Shown here one piece after another: positions 52,588-63,659 of a DNA stretch of 64,000 bases; position 1 is the first letter of the stretch; every line of letters begins with the position of its first letter. The DNA is taken from the NCBI GenBank assembly GCA_000708835.1, contig DF237137.1, positions 20,486 through 84,485 on the forward strand, in the 5' to 3' direction. This DNA comes from Klebsormidium nitens (Eukaryota; Plantae; Klebsormidiophyceae). Made by a program: the position numbers and the translations under genes. The notes below the pieces were generated by a model. That model had not been told where the DNA came from. It saw nothing but the letters and a program-made list of their open reading frames with translations, and did no database searches.

Positions 52588-52975
52588 GAAGAATGTAAAG
52601 TTTTGAGATATTCGCTTTCAAACTATGAATATACCAGAGCACGGCTTCTGAAGTAGTCTGGCAATCCATGGCTGGTTGAAGTCCCGAGTCCTGAGTCCTT
52701 AGCACTCCACTACTTTGATGAACATACACTTACACATTTTCCGATTAGGAGTTGAAACTAGCAGTTCAAACTGCTACTTGCTACTGGAACGGTTCCCGAT
52801 TTCAGTGCCAGTAGAAGCTCTTCCACTTTGGCGTGCACTTTCTTGACTTGCTGCGATTCCCACCTTCACAAGTTGCAAGAGCAAGTCAATTGAGCTTACT
52901 TATAATAAAGATTGGGAACGCTCAAATGCAGGAAAACTTCTTCATGCTTTTGCAGATCTGTGCATCATACGCAAT

Positions 52976-53521
52976 CTACTTGCATCTCGAACGTGTAATA
53001 TTGCAGGAAACTTCTTTGATGAGCTTCTCAGAAAGTTGATGCAGATCATACCTCAACGACCGACACCATGTCGCAAAACATTCGCAGTTGTTGTTGAGGA
53101 TGTCGTACAACCCCGCTCCATAATTCGCTTCCGCCAGCTTCTCAGCAAGCTTCAGCGAAAATCTTCTGTACAGACCACTCTCGGCATCAAAGTCGTACCT
53201 CATGACCAGCAGCTCAGACTTGCCCTTCGTGAACTCAGAGAATCTCCTCTTCTGAACTTTGGCTGACGTTTTGTCAGCCCCCCACATGTCCACTACATAC
53301 GAGCGCCCTTTTTGGACGCCAACAAATGTGCCATGATGCTCCGCAATACCCCTAGCTGTTCGGGCAATAACATGATCGCCAGGTTGGAGTTCAAAAATAC
53401 AATCCACCTTCTCTACAGGTTCCGCCTTTTCTGGAGTTAGGTCACCTGGTTTTATGCCGATTCCTTGTATCAGAAGGTCCACAAGGTCCCAGACCCCTGC
53501 TCCTTCTCGTTGTTCAGCCAT
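52976..53521 (-). CDS. LRAT/H-REV107 (NC-domain, permuted NlpC/P60) protein, intronless
   Basis: LQPGDHV…AEHHGTFVG H-box and YDILNNNCECFATWCR NC-box. Confidence 0.85.
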   Translation of the reverse strand: MAEQREGAGVWDLVDLLIQGIGIKPGDLTPEKAEPVEKVDCIFELQPGDHVIARTARGIAEHHGTFVGVQKGRSYVVDMWGADKTSAKVQKRRFSEFTKGKSELLVMRYDFDAESGLYRRFSLKLAEKLAEANYGAGLYDILNNNCECFATWCRSLRYDLHQLSEKLIKEVSCNITRSRCK

Positions 53522-53554
53522 GAATAAGAACACCTACCAAAAAAGGAACATCAA

Positions 53555-53574
53555 NNNNNNNNNNNNNNNNNNNN
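53555..53574. other. Assembly gap (N run)
   Basis: Run of n. Confidence 1.
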
Positions 53575-53742
53575 TTTTGAACGCGGGGTTTCTGGAACTT
53601 CGGGCGTAAATTGACGTCTTCCGAGTCCCCGTCAGGAGGACATTCGGGGACACACGGCAAGAGGGCAATTTTAGGTGGCCTCATGGCGTACGATGGTCAA
53701 AGGGAAGGGTAAGGAGAAAGAAGTGCCAATTGGCAGAGCGCG

Positions 53743-54027
53743 ATGGCAGTCCGGGGTTCCAAGAGAAGCACTGAGGTGCAATCTGCAGACGAGTTTCCTC
53801 GAATTGTTAGACTGAAATCAGAAGAGAAAGAAATTGCACGGCACCTGAATAATATGCTTTTCTGGAAAAATGTAATGCGGAAAGATCGGGAGGCCGTGTC
53901 TTTGTTCAGGGAGGGAGAGGAGAGTCAGAAGAATGGAGCATTTCGGGAGGCGGGCTTTCACTTCAATGCTGCTATCGATAAGATTCGCGACTGCCAATTG
54001 ATGATAGATCAAAGGCATCAGGATTGA
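53743..54027 (+). CDS. Hypothetical helical protein (94 aa)
   Basis: ATG-initiated ORF with protein-like amphipathic composition; no motif recognised. Confidence 0.35.
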   Translation: MAVRGSKRSTEVQSADEFPRIVRLKSEEKEIARHLNNMLFWKNVMRKDREAVSLFREGEESQKNGAFREAGFHFNAAIDKIRDCQLMIDQRHQD

Positions 54028-54544
54028 AAAGGTGCATAGAAGGTAGTTATGCTCGCAGTCAACTCACTGCCGCCAGTCCCTGCATACACCGACGTACTTT
54101 CCGACGTCATATTGCAGCTTGCTCAGAATCTTCCAGACAATCTCCCCGCTCAGCCTGTCGAAAGGCGAATTACCCGCCATGGCGGTCGCCGCGGCGCTGC
54201 TGTTTCCTTGAACAAAGTTTTACCACTGCCAGCTACTAGCTAGGCAGTGGAATGCTTGCCTAGAGGTAGCAACGGCTGAGATCGCGTACCTCCAGGCAAG
54301 CCGCGGCCGCCTGTCGCTCATGAGGCTTTTGAATTAGCGCGCTAAACGGTACCCCACCGCGCGGCGGCTGTACTATTGCACTAACTGCAGAAAAGTTGAA
54401 CGAGGCGAGTTTGTTCAAAATGCCTCGCCCGCTGTTGTAGGTCATCTTGCTCAGAAAGAGGGCGCCTGGCGTTTGTTAGTTTGAGGACGTGCCAGCTTGG
54501 CAAAAAGAGCGCCATTTCTCAGACGCTAGGAGAATTTTGCAGCC

Positions 54545-55351
54545 ATGGCGCTTCCAAGTCGACGGTTGAAGAAGCACTGGGTGCGTCATGGCTACTGTAG
54601 CAGCGAAGAAAAAGCTGACGATGTGGCAAAAATTCTGGTGAGGCTGAAGGAAGAGGGGAGGCTGGAGGAAGTTCGCCATCTATTCCGAGCCACCTGCTTT
54701 TGGACAAGACGTTCTCTAGTTGCACCTTCAGTCCTCAAACTACAGGAAGATATGACAGCAAAGGATGGGCAGGAAGACAATGCTTTCTGGACGGCTTGGG
54801 CTCAGGTCGTGCAATTCATGGAAAAGGAGCAAGTGCCTCTGAGCATGGTGGAAGCATATCGTGGCGTTGCTGAGCTGGATAGAATTCTGCCCATCGACCA
54901 ACTGGACAGAGACGATATCCTGGTGAGTGCCTTTGTATAAGCCCAAAGATCACTTCTCTTCTGTGACGATAGGTTGGATTGAGAATTGGACTACAGAACC
55001 CGTCCAAAAACATTGCGTAATTTCTGCAGTCTTGAGTGGATTCTTCACCCAGAATATCTCACTCCACTTTTCAAGAAATATGATGTAGATTCTAGAATCA
55101 GTTGGAGGAGTGTTGAGAATTTGAAAGCATCGGCACATACCTTGCAGAGGATGCCGTCTGCTATTCGCCCCTGTACTTCCCTGAAGACGGAAGAACAGCG
55201 CGTGGAAACGTGGATGAACCCAGCGGGGGCTGGGTGGCATGAAAGTCAGCAGAATCCCGTCTTCAAGACATATGTGGCAGCGCTGGTGAAGGCTATTTGG
55301 AACCTGTCTGCCAGCAAGGACGCGCCAAACTCTGAGGTATTCTACGTGTGA
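54545..55351 (+). CDS. Hypothetical protein split into two adjacent ORFs (short intron or pseudogene)
   Basis: ORFs 54545-54940 and 54986-55351; donor CTG|GTGAGT near 54922, but the nearest acceptor (54971-72) does not restore the frame. Confidence 0.4.
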
Positions 55352-55426
55352 GTTTCCCAAGCTGGCCACAACATACCAGTCCTTGCATGCGCCTTGATTG
55401 CCTCTGAAAATCCATTGACTTGCTTA

Positions 55427-55870
55427 NNNNNNNNNNNNNNNNNNNNNNNNNNNNNNNNNNNNNNNNNNNNNNNNNNNNNNNNNNNNNNNNNNNNNNNNNN
55501 NNNNNNNNNNNNNNNNNNNNNNNNNNNNNNNNNNNNNNNNNNNNNNNNNNNNNNNNNNNNNNNNNNNNNNNNNNNNNNNNNNNNNNNNNNNNNNNNNNNN
55601 NNNNNNNNNNNNNNNNNNNNNNNNNNNNNNNNNNNNNNNNNNNNNNNNNNNNNNNNNNNNNNNNNNNNNNNNNNNNNNNNNNNNNNNNNNNNNNNNNNNN
55701 NNNNNNNNNNNNNNNNNNNNNNNNNNNNNNNNNNNNNNNNNNNNNNNNNNNNNNNNNNNNNNNNNNNNNNNNNNNNNNNNNNNNNNNNNNNNNNNNNNNN
55801 NNNNNNNNNNNNNNNNNNNNNNNNNNNNNNNNNNNNNNNNNNNNNNNNNNNNNNNNNNNNNNNNNNNNNN
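55427..55870. other. Assembly gap (N run)
   Basis: Run of n. Confidence 1.
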
Positions 55871-55988
55871 AGAGGAGGAGGCTAGCGAGGGGCCCCGTGT
55901 CCCTGTCCCTTTCCAACGTCACCCATGTCCAGGTGGTGTTACAATCGACAAGTACAGGGTTCCTGCAGTCGACTCGCACTCGTTCCCT

Positions 55989-56336
55989 GTGAGGATCGAG
56001 GTGTGGTCGAAAGTCGATCCGGTCGACAACCCCGTCACCTTCATCGTGCTGCCTAGAGATCACAGGGCAATTCAGGAGGGATTGATGAGCACAGACGCGG
56101 TAGACAAGCGCCTCCTGGATCCCCAGTTCCTGACATCGTGGCAGAGCAGCAGAGCTCGCATCTCTTTGGCCATGGGGATGTGCTTGACGTGCAGAAAGGT
56201 CACACAGCTACACTGCGACGGTTGTAAAGTCGCGCGGTATTGTTCCAAGCCGTGTCATGTGGAGGATTGGCATGTGCATAAGTCCTATTGCAGAGAGATG
56301 AAAAAGTGGCACGCTGGTTTTGCAGCTGACCCTTAG
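55989..56336 (+). CDS. MYND-type zinc-finger ORF (5' part probably lost in the gap)
   Basis: CLTCRKVTQLHCDGCKVARYCSKPCHVEDWHVHKSYC. Confidence 0.78.
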   Translation: MRIEVWSKVDPVDNPVTFIVLPRDHRAIQEGLMSTDAVDKRLLDPQFLTSWQSSRARISLAMGMCLTCRKVTQLHCDGCKVARYCSKPCHVEDWHVHKSYCREMKKWHAGFAADP

Positions 56337-56870
56337 AAATACATGATTAATCTGCTGGTTGTTGTCTTCACTGTCTTCGTTGTCTTCGTTGTCTTCGACT
56401 GGAACTTTCTCACCTTCATCTTGAATTGCCAGCATTGTTCTTGCCTGCTAGTCATGCTTCGTAGTTGATTGTTGCAGCCGTTGTAGGAGGTAGTTGCCTA
56501 CTTCGTCATGAGCGAATGATTGTTATCTCAATCACATTGTATATATTGTTGCCAAAGTCTATGTAATGACAAGCTTGGGTCCACCCGACTGCCCTCTAAT
56601 GCCAGCATTCACGATACCCACGATGAGATAGAATTTACAATGTACTCGCAACGTGCTACTTACTAGAGCCATGCCTGAAGAACCTATCTCGGGAGGGCAG
56701 TGCAAGATGAAGCCACGGTTGATATATCGTGCTGAACAAGCTACTTGCATTGAACACTTCGCAATGATCGATCGCATTCATCCCCTCGCTCGAGAGCACG
56801 ATACCATCAGTCGGAAACTTGAAGAAAAGACTGCCTCAAATCTTACACATACGCTGTATCATACTGTTCG

Positions 56871-57851
56871 TCAGGATCCTCTCTCTTTCGTCATGTCTAG
56901 GAGAATGTCATCCACCGACTTCCACCAGTCCGACCCGACCACCTTAGTCAACGCCTCCCATACCCGCAGTGACGCCCTTCCCCCTCTCTCCGTCTTCCCT
57001 CTTCTGCACACTACCTTATGCTCCTTCCAGTCATTCGCCGAACACTCCTTCGAGCAATACGCCCTTGTCTTACAGCGACTGCAGAGATGCAGCTTCTGCC
57101 AGTCTGGACCCGCAAGCCCCTTGGGCTTGGTCGCAAAGCAAGCCGCACACATCAGGTACATGTCGGCCGCCATGTCAATGCGCACCCTGTGAAGCGGCAG
57201 GTCATAATCCTTCGTCTGGAAGAAGATGTACCCCGTGTTCAGGAAGTTGAGCATGTCTCTCGCTCCCCTCCGGAAATTCCGCCCCTCTTCGTCGGTGGAA
57301 GGGCTCCACGGTCTGTCCAAGAGCCGCATGTACTGGAGCATAGGACGCACTGCATCAGAGGCACCCAGCTCCTTCAAGCTGTCCTCCAAGGCGAAAAGGT
57401 ACTTAGGGCTGCGGAGCAGCTTCAAGACGATAAACGCTATGTCTGTTATATACTCTCCCTGCCAACTCTCCAGGGCCTTTGTGCCGGAATTCGCTTCGTC
57501 GTTGAGCTTACAAAACCAAAGCGGTATGTCGTGCAGCAGCAAGTGGTGATTGCTGGCGAACAGACAATCCAAGGACGTCGCATCGCCGACCGTCAGATTT
57601 AGCTTCATGCTGTTGCCCTTCAGCACGTGAGCCGCCCGACTAACCATCACGCAGAGTCTGGCCTTGTGCGACAGAGACAGGTCGCGAGGATCACGCTTGC
57701 TGACGACTCTGGCAGCGACGCAGAGCGCCCTCCTACCCTGCCGCGCTTTCACCAGGTCATTCACGGCCATCTCTGCTACCTTGAGGGTCTTCTCCATAAG
57801 AGGCGCCATCTTCCGAGTCACAAGGAGCGAAGGCAGTTGCAAAATGGTCAA
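56871..57851 (-). CDS. MYND-type zinc-finger protein, 326-aa ORF (may have an upstream exon near 58108-58389)
   Basis: C-terminal CAAC…CSRCKTRAYCSKECSANDWKEHKVVC preceded by a helical region. Confidence 0.8.
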   Translation of the reverse strand: MTILQLPSLLVTRKMAPLMEKTLKVAEMAVNDLVKARQGRRALCVAARVVSKRDPRDLSLSHKARLCVMVSRAAHVLKGNSMKLNLTVGDATSLDCLFASNHHLLLHDIPLWFCKLNDEANSGTKALESWQGEYITDIAFIVLKLLRSPKYLFALEDSLKELGASDAVRPMLQYMRLLDRPWSPSTDEEGRNFRRGARDMLNFLNTGYIFFQTKDYDLPLHRVRIDMAADMYLMCAACFATKPKGLAGPDWQKLHLCSRCKTRAYCSKECSANDWKEHKVVCRRGKTERGGRASLRVWEALTKVVGSDWWKSVDDILLDMTKERGS

Positions 57852-58609
57852 AGGTTCGAAAGCACGGGCTTTAAGTCCACCCGGAAGGGCCTTCTCTCAA
57901 AGCTACGTCCAAATGCACAGTCACCATGTTGTAGAATCACGCGAAGCAGCAACTTTACACTTTAAAGTTAAACGCACGTGGCGGCTGAGCGCTTTGTAGG
58001 CCCTCAACCGTCGATACCACAGTAACTGCTGCTTTTGGACCGTCGAAAGTTACGATCTCGGATCGGCTGTCACATGGAGTCGTGCCAGGTGTGCAGCTAC
58101 TGGCTGACTAGGATTGTCCTGGCCTGAGGGAAACAAATTGAGGTATCTTATGCTCGCGCTCACGCGCAGTCACACTGAAAGCTGGCCGCAGCAGCGCTGT
58201 GGCGGCAACTGTCTCTTGTGCGTTGTCAGCAAAATCCAACGACCCATTCGCACCGTCAGCATGATCCCATCGCTTTTGTTCTCCTTGGAGCATTTCTGCA
58301 AGAGAGCAACACGTTTCGTTCCACCAGCGGACAGCGTGATCTTCTAGGCAACGAACAATGAGGGCATTTGCGTTCCATATTGTCCGCATTGCGCGAAACT
58401 TTCCTTATGAGTGCATGCTTGTTTTTTGCATAGTAGGTGCGTTTCAAATGGGTACAGCAGAGAAATACAGCGTCCCGTGGTTTTCAGGGTTTTTCCTCCA
58501 GTTGCAAGGGCTCTTAGGCTATGTGCTCCACCATTATATGCACGCACACGCGAATTGAGGGCCGCTTGGCAACAATCAAAGTACAATCCGGCGCCCTCGT
58601 GCCACAAAT

Positions 58610-58877
58610 CATGGAATCCAGTCTACTTCCATATCTCAGATTTGTTTTCCGTAGTCAAATGGACCCTGTGCGCTCTCTGGAAGTCACGTTCGATCAGGAT
58701 TTTAGGACTCATGCTTCCTCATATTTAGAAAATCTGATTTGCAAGCAGCACATTCCTCCCGCCTCTGTCAGACGTACCTTCCCAGCTGTGAAAGGCATCA
58801 TTGCAACAACATATGTGAGCGGAAGTGGCTTTACCTTCAAGATTCCGGCGTACTTGCAGTTTGTGAAGGACGAATGA
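58610..58877 (+). CDS. Hypothetical protein (88 aa)
   Basis: ATG-initiated protein-like ORF MESSLLPYLRFVF…YLQFVKDE; no motif recognised. Confidence 0.3.
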
Positions 58878-59563
58878 CCAGCAGGTTGGTTCCCAAGTTT
58901 CGCGCTCCCTGATAATGTGCCTTGGCATCGTCTTCATTGCATGCGTGTGATTGTGGCCATTCCGTCTTTTGTAGCCTAGACTGCCTATTTTTTAAGACCA
59001 GTTCCATCCTTTTGACATGCTTCATCCACAGTCCTCCCCATACCTAAAGTGGTTATCAATGGGTGGGTTTGTTCAAGTTGCAAAGCAGGTACATGAGCAA
59101 AGGTAATGTAGTCTTTAGAATTGTTGTTCATGCAAGAGATCAAGACGTACCTTGCGGACATTCCTTCACAGAGTGTGTAAACCATCTCCCTTGCAACGTA
59201 GCTTTATTAATAAATCAAACTTTACACTGAAGGTTTGAAACGCATCATCCAAGTCCTCATATAATCCTTCCTGCTTGTGGGACTTTTGTCGCAGGCGAAC
59301 AAGGCGTGCTTCAAAAGTACCAGTCTGAGTTCGGCTATGAGAAGCTTCGTGGAGAATCATCACACCGCGTAGAAGATTAGCGTACAGCGTACAAGATATC
59401 CCAAACGTCCGAAGCCGTGCCCAAAGTGTTTGAGCCCGCGGACATGTCAAAATGCACGCTGTTTGATTCCTGATAAACTATGCTTACAAACCGTTCAGAA
59501 TCATATTGCACACTGAGGAGCTCCTCCACAGTGACTCCAAGTTCGCGATCTGGCACAAGTGTC

Positions 59564-60463
59564 TCAGTTTGTCACGAATGCTGCTCGAAATGTCACCTTC
59601 TCACCATTGAGCGTGTAGGAACTCAGAGACTGACGCTGTATGCAACCTTCGATTACACCTCTCTTCACGTTCAAGTGGTTGCGAGCTTCCACCAGGTTTG
59701 CGAATAGCTGGGTTGAACCGTGTTGGTTGACTATCCGTACTGGCTTGCCAATCCGGTGGAAGATGCCCTCCTCCGGCTTGTCCTTGGACCTCGCATAGCA
59801 CCAGGATCCACCGAACTTGAACTTGTAGTGCGGGGAAACCAGACTGCGTCGTAGAGTAGTGTAGGTTAGTTCTGGATGTCTTTTGAGTGCCTCTGAACGA
59901 GTGGGGCTCTCAAAGACCTTTCGGTGTGTAAAACAATCAAACACGTACACTTGATGATCGAGAGCAGCGTACTTTGCGGTCATGTATGAAGACAGTCGGA
60001 CTCTGGTCGCCTCGGTTATCTTTCTACCGGTACTGGCAAGCCGAAGCTTTTCTCTCACATCCGCTGACACCACCTTGCCTACGTGGTACGAGTCGATGAG
60101 CTTCTTCGTTGCTTCACTATGCTTGCCACGCGCACCACCGAGTGCTATGTTGTACCCATATGGAGCACGGGTGCCCGCTATTCCGATAATGAGAATCTCA
60201 GCCCGATCAAGCATCTCCTGGGACCTTGTTCTGAACAAGATTCGTATCGAAAACGCATCTAAGCCATACTTCTTCACGGCTTGGCATAGAAGTTTGGCAC
60301 AGCCGCAACCACGACGATGCTCGCTGAGTCGCCTTTTGAGGTGCCAAGTTTGACCAATGTACGACTTGTTGTTCACGAGATTCGTGAATCTGTAGATGTA
60401 TCCAAAGTCATCATCCTCGAAACTGCTAACGTCGTACTGAACTTGACGGAAGAAGACCTTCAT
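59564..60463 (-). CDS. Free-standing GIY-YIG homing-endonuclease-like protein with NUMOD3-like and C-terminal NUMOD1/IENR1-like DNA-binding repeats, intronless
   Basis: GYIYRFTNLVNNKSYIGQT…RRLSEH…AVKKYG…F…E…GYNIALGG (GIY-YIG); GKHSEATKK, GKVVSADVREKLR, GRKITEATRVRLS (NUMOD3-like); KPVRIVN…FANLVEARNHL (NUMOD1-like). Confidence 0.88.
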   Translation of the reverse strand: MKVFFRQVQYDVSSFEDDDFGYIYRFTNLVNNKSYIGQTWHLKRRLSEHRRGCGCAKLLCQAVKKYGLDAFSIRILFRTRSQEMLDRAEILIIGIAGTRAPYGYNIALGGARGKHSEATKKLIDSYHVGKVVSADVREKLRLASTGRKITEATRVRLSSYMTAKYAALDHQVYVFDCFTHRKVFESPTRSEALKRHPELTYTTLRRSLVSPHYKFKFGGSWCYARSKDKPEEGIFHRIGKPVRIVNQHGSTQLFANLVEARNHLNVKRGVIEGCIQRQSLSSYTLNGEKVTFRAAFVTN

Positions 60464-60516
60464 CCTGCAGCAAAAGGTGGGGGTCATGATGTCTTTACGC
60501 GCCCCCTAACGCTTCC

Positions 60517-61036
60517 NNNNNNNNNNNNNNNNNNNNNNNNNNNNNNNNNNNNNNNNNNNNNNNNNNNNNNNNNNNNNNNNNNNNNNNNNNNNNNNNNNNN
60601 NNNNNNNNNNNNNNNNNNNNNNNNNNNNNNNNNNNNNNNNNNNNNNNNNNNNNNNNNNNNNNNNNNNNNNNNNNNNNNNNNNNNNNNNNNNNNNNNNNNN
60701 NNNNNNNNNNNNNNNNNNNNNNNNNNNNNNNNNNNNNNNNNNNNNNNNNNNNNNNNNNNNNNNNNNNNNNNNNNNNNNNNNNNNNNNNNNNNNNNNNNNN
60801 NNNNNNNNNNNNNNNNNNNNNNNNNNNNNNNNNNNNNNNNNNNNNNNNNNNNNNNNNNNNNNNNNNNNNNNNNNNNNNNNNNNNNNNNNNNNNNNNNNNN
60901 NNNNNNNNNNNNNNNNNNNNNNNNNNNNNNNNNNNNNNNNNNNNNNNNNNNNNNNNNNNNNNNNNNNNNNNNNNNNNNNNNNNNNNNNNNNNNNNNNNNN
61001 NNNNNNNNNNNNNNNNNNNNNNNNNNNNNNNNNNNN
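60517..61036. other. Assembly gap (N run)
   Basis: Run of n. Confidence 1.
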
Positions 61037-61072
61037 TTATATTCTAACCGTATCATACCGTCTAGACTCAGG

Positions 61073-62338
61073 ATGTTTGGGTGGTTCTGGAAGAGGCATG
61101 CTGCCACCAACAAGAAAGACTTGCTGAGACGCATCGCCGACGGCAAGATCACCAAAAGTCCTCCTCGGAAGCGCTGGGGGCACCCCCGGTATCAGGAGGG
61201 TATGTTCACTCTGCCTGTACTGGGCTCGCTGTTGAAGCGGGACTTGACAAATGATGAGATCCTGATGCTGGGCAATATTCGAAGGAGTGCCATTGACTCC
61301 GACTTTGCTACGGACGAGAACCTCTCGAGATTCAATGCGATCAGCCGCATGGATATGAAAGCAGGAAATGTCGCCCGAAAGCGCCCTATCATCACGCGGA
61401 GCACGTACTATTCAGCCGGTATACCGGCCGCGGATCAAGGGACGTACATGAGCAGAGTGACGTACGTGGCAGACGACATTCTCGGCCGCTACTGCGACTC
61501 TAGGAACAAGATAGACATAAGAACAGGGGGATTTTTGGGGGAAGGTCCGCTATTTCAAAACTATTTGAAAGACGGCTTTGCGACATACCTGCGGGGCCCA
61601 AAGGAACCGTTGTACGTCATGGTCTTGACCGACGGGCATATCGGGTGCATGATCCTGACAGTCGTCCCTTCTCCCGCCACTCTCTATTTGTGCGTCGAAG
61701 CTTTCAATCTCGCACCTACTGACATCACCAAGGTGATTCGTGGCCTCCGTCGCAGATTCCATTCAGAACAGCGTTCATTGTACCAGATCGTCCTGCAGGT
61801 TCCTGTGCGCGAAGCGGCATACAACGAGGCCCGGCTCTTCACGCGGGCACTGCGAGGGCCCGTCACGGAGTCCGTTCTAAGCTCCTTTCACAACGGAAAG
61901 ATTGCAAACGAAGGCAAAACCCTAATTGTGCAGGAGAGTGTACTTGACATACACTGTCAGACCTGGATCGTCGTCTATCCAATCCTGAGGCTGGTCATGG
62001 GAAAGTCCGTCCTGGTGACATCAAGATGGTTCGAAAGTGTCGTGGAGCTGCACGGGCATCGTTTCATCGACGAAGCAAGGGCCATCTTTGTCGAACTGGC
62101 CGCCGTTCCCCCTCGAGCACTTGAGCTCGTAAAGAAGTTGATCACAACAGTCGCTGAAGAAGACGTTAAGTTCAGCGACTTCAGTCAATCCCTTTTTCGG
62201 GTTGAAAAAGTTGGGGCACCGTTGAATAGGCCGGGCATCGTACCCGAGTGGGAGAATCGCTCCTGGTTGCAGATGGAGGGACAACATGCTGTCAATAGGC
62301 GTCATCCCATGGTCAGGCGATCAACAATCAGTAAATAA
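61073..62338 (+). CDS. Intronless 421-aa hypothetical protein, possible clan-CE (Ulp1/adenain-like) cysteine protease
   Basis: Long uninterrupted ORF from ATG 61073. Candidate catalytic residues in His-acid-Gln-Cys order: DGHIGCM, CVEAFN, VQESVLDIHCQTW. Confidence 0.6.
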   Translation: MFGWFWKRHAATNKKDLLRRIADGKITKSPPRKRWGHPRYQEGMFTLPVLGSLLKRDLTNDEILMLGNIRRSAIDSDFATDENLSRFNAISRMDMKAGNVARKRPIITRSTYYSAGIPAADQGTYMSRVTYVADDILGRYCDSRNKIDIRTGGFLGEGPLFQNYLKDGFATYLRGPKEPLYVMVLTDGHIGCMILTVVPSPATLYLCVEAFNLAPTDITKVIRGLRRRFHSEQRSLYQIVLQVPVREAAYNEARLFTRALRGPVTESVLSSFHNGKIANEGKTLIVQESVLDIHCQTWIVVYPILRLVMGKSVLVTSRWFESVVELHGHRFIDEARAIFVELAAVPPRALELVKKLITTVAEEDVKFSDFSQSLFRVEKVGAPLNRPGIVPEWENRSWLQMEGQHAVNRRHPMVRRSTISK

Positions 62339-63659
62339 GAGAATGTTGAACCATGCACGTCATTCGACGTATGACTTGGACATATCATGATTGCATCTTT
62401 ATTTACGGACGGCAATTCCATTTAGTAGGACGAAGAGCATTTGAAGACTAGAGCGCTTACTTCGTGTCTTGTCAACACTCAAATCCAAATGACTTCCAAG
62501 TCGCCATCTCTCGCATTATTCTCAGCGTACGATTTAGTCCAAGGCTGCTTTGCATCTAGATGCCTGACAGGACCGCCGCTGCTAAACCCTCCTGACATTG
62601 CTTGACTTTCATCCTTGGTTGCTTCTCTGAAGCTCGCTATGGCTGCTTTTCGTCCTTCTCATCCGAGTTCTGCTTGAAGGTTGTGCTGAACAAAGGAGTG
62701 TGCCCCTGACTCTTCCCGTCCAACTTGAAGCAAAAGTTGCTGGGCGTCCGCAAATTCTGGCGCGTGTGCGAACATTTCAGCAGCGTTGTCCTCTAGGCTG
62801 CACCCTACAAGCCACGTGGTTGGGGGTTGCAGTTACTAAATCCGCGGGCTTTTTTGTTTGTCACGTGGCTCTAACTAGCATGTTACACCGCGCGCGGCGC
62901 GAATATTTCGCGAGCGTTTTTTTATAATCACGCGGCTTGGTTTCGCAGACTTACAACCACGCGAGTTTTCCGCGAGCGTTTATTCATTTTCCACGTGTCC
63001 TTAGCCTGCTGGTCACAGTGCCCGTACATTCCGTCATCGGTTAACCCAGTGGCTCTGCGAGTTACTATATACGGTAATATTCATTACAACATACCTTCAG
63101 TAACAAATCTACAGTTTAATACGGTAGCCAGTGTAGATTCAGTGTACAGTTCGGTAGACTCAGCCTGAAGGCTGAAGTCTACAGTGTAAGATTCGAGCTG
63201 GAGTTTACCGAGTAAGGTTTGAAGTATCTGCTACTGGATATAGCAGTCTACGTAGACACTGACAGGGGTAGGGGCTGTAGCAGACTGGAAAGAGCATTCT
63301 AACAAAAGGAGGACCTTTACCAAGGGCGCCCTCTCTCAGCTCGTTGTACGCCATCCTAGTGGAAGCGGCGGCTGTGCTGCAGGGGCGCAGGGGTGCCTTT
63401 GAGATTAGCGGACCTGTGCTGCTGTAAGAAGGAGATGGACTGAAGATGGTCTGAAGCCTGTGTAGTGCTGACGGCTCAGGTGAGTCAGTACGGAGCATGT
63501 GGTTGCTTTCTGAGTGAGAGACTGTGGTGTCCAGACGAGAGATGGGATGCTGCATAGTAGGAATGGACATTTCCCCTCTCTGAGCAACATTGTCAGGAAA
63601 GGACTGAAAGGTGTTCCTTGACAAAGCAAGCAGTAATGTTGCAGTGCAGAAAAAGCGAG

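Noticed and set aside
62881-63260. Possible LTR starting TGTTACA
   Set aside because: No second LTR, PBS, PPT or gag/pol sequence in the window.
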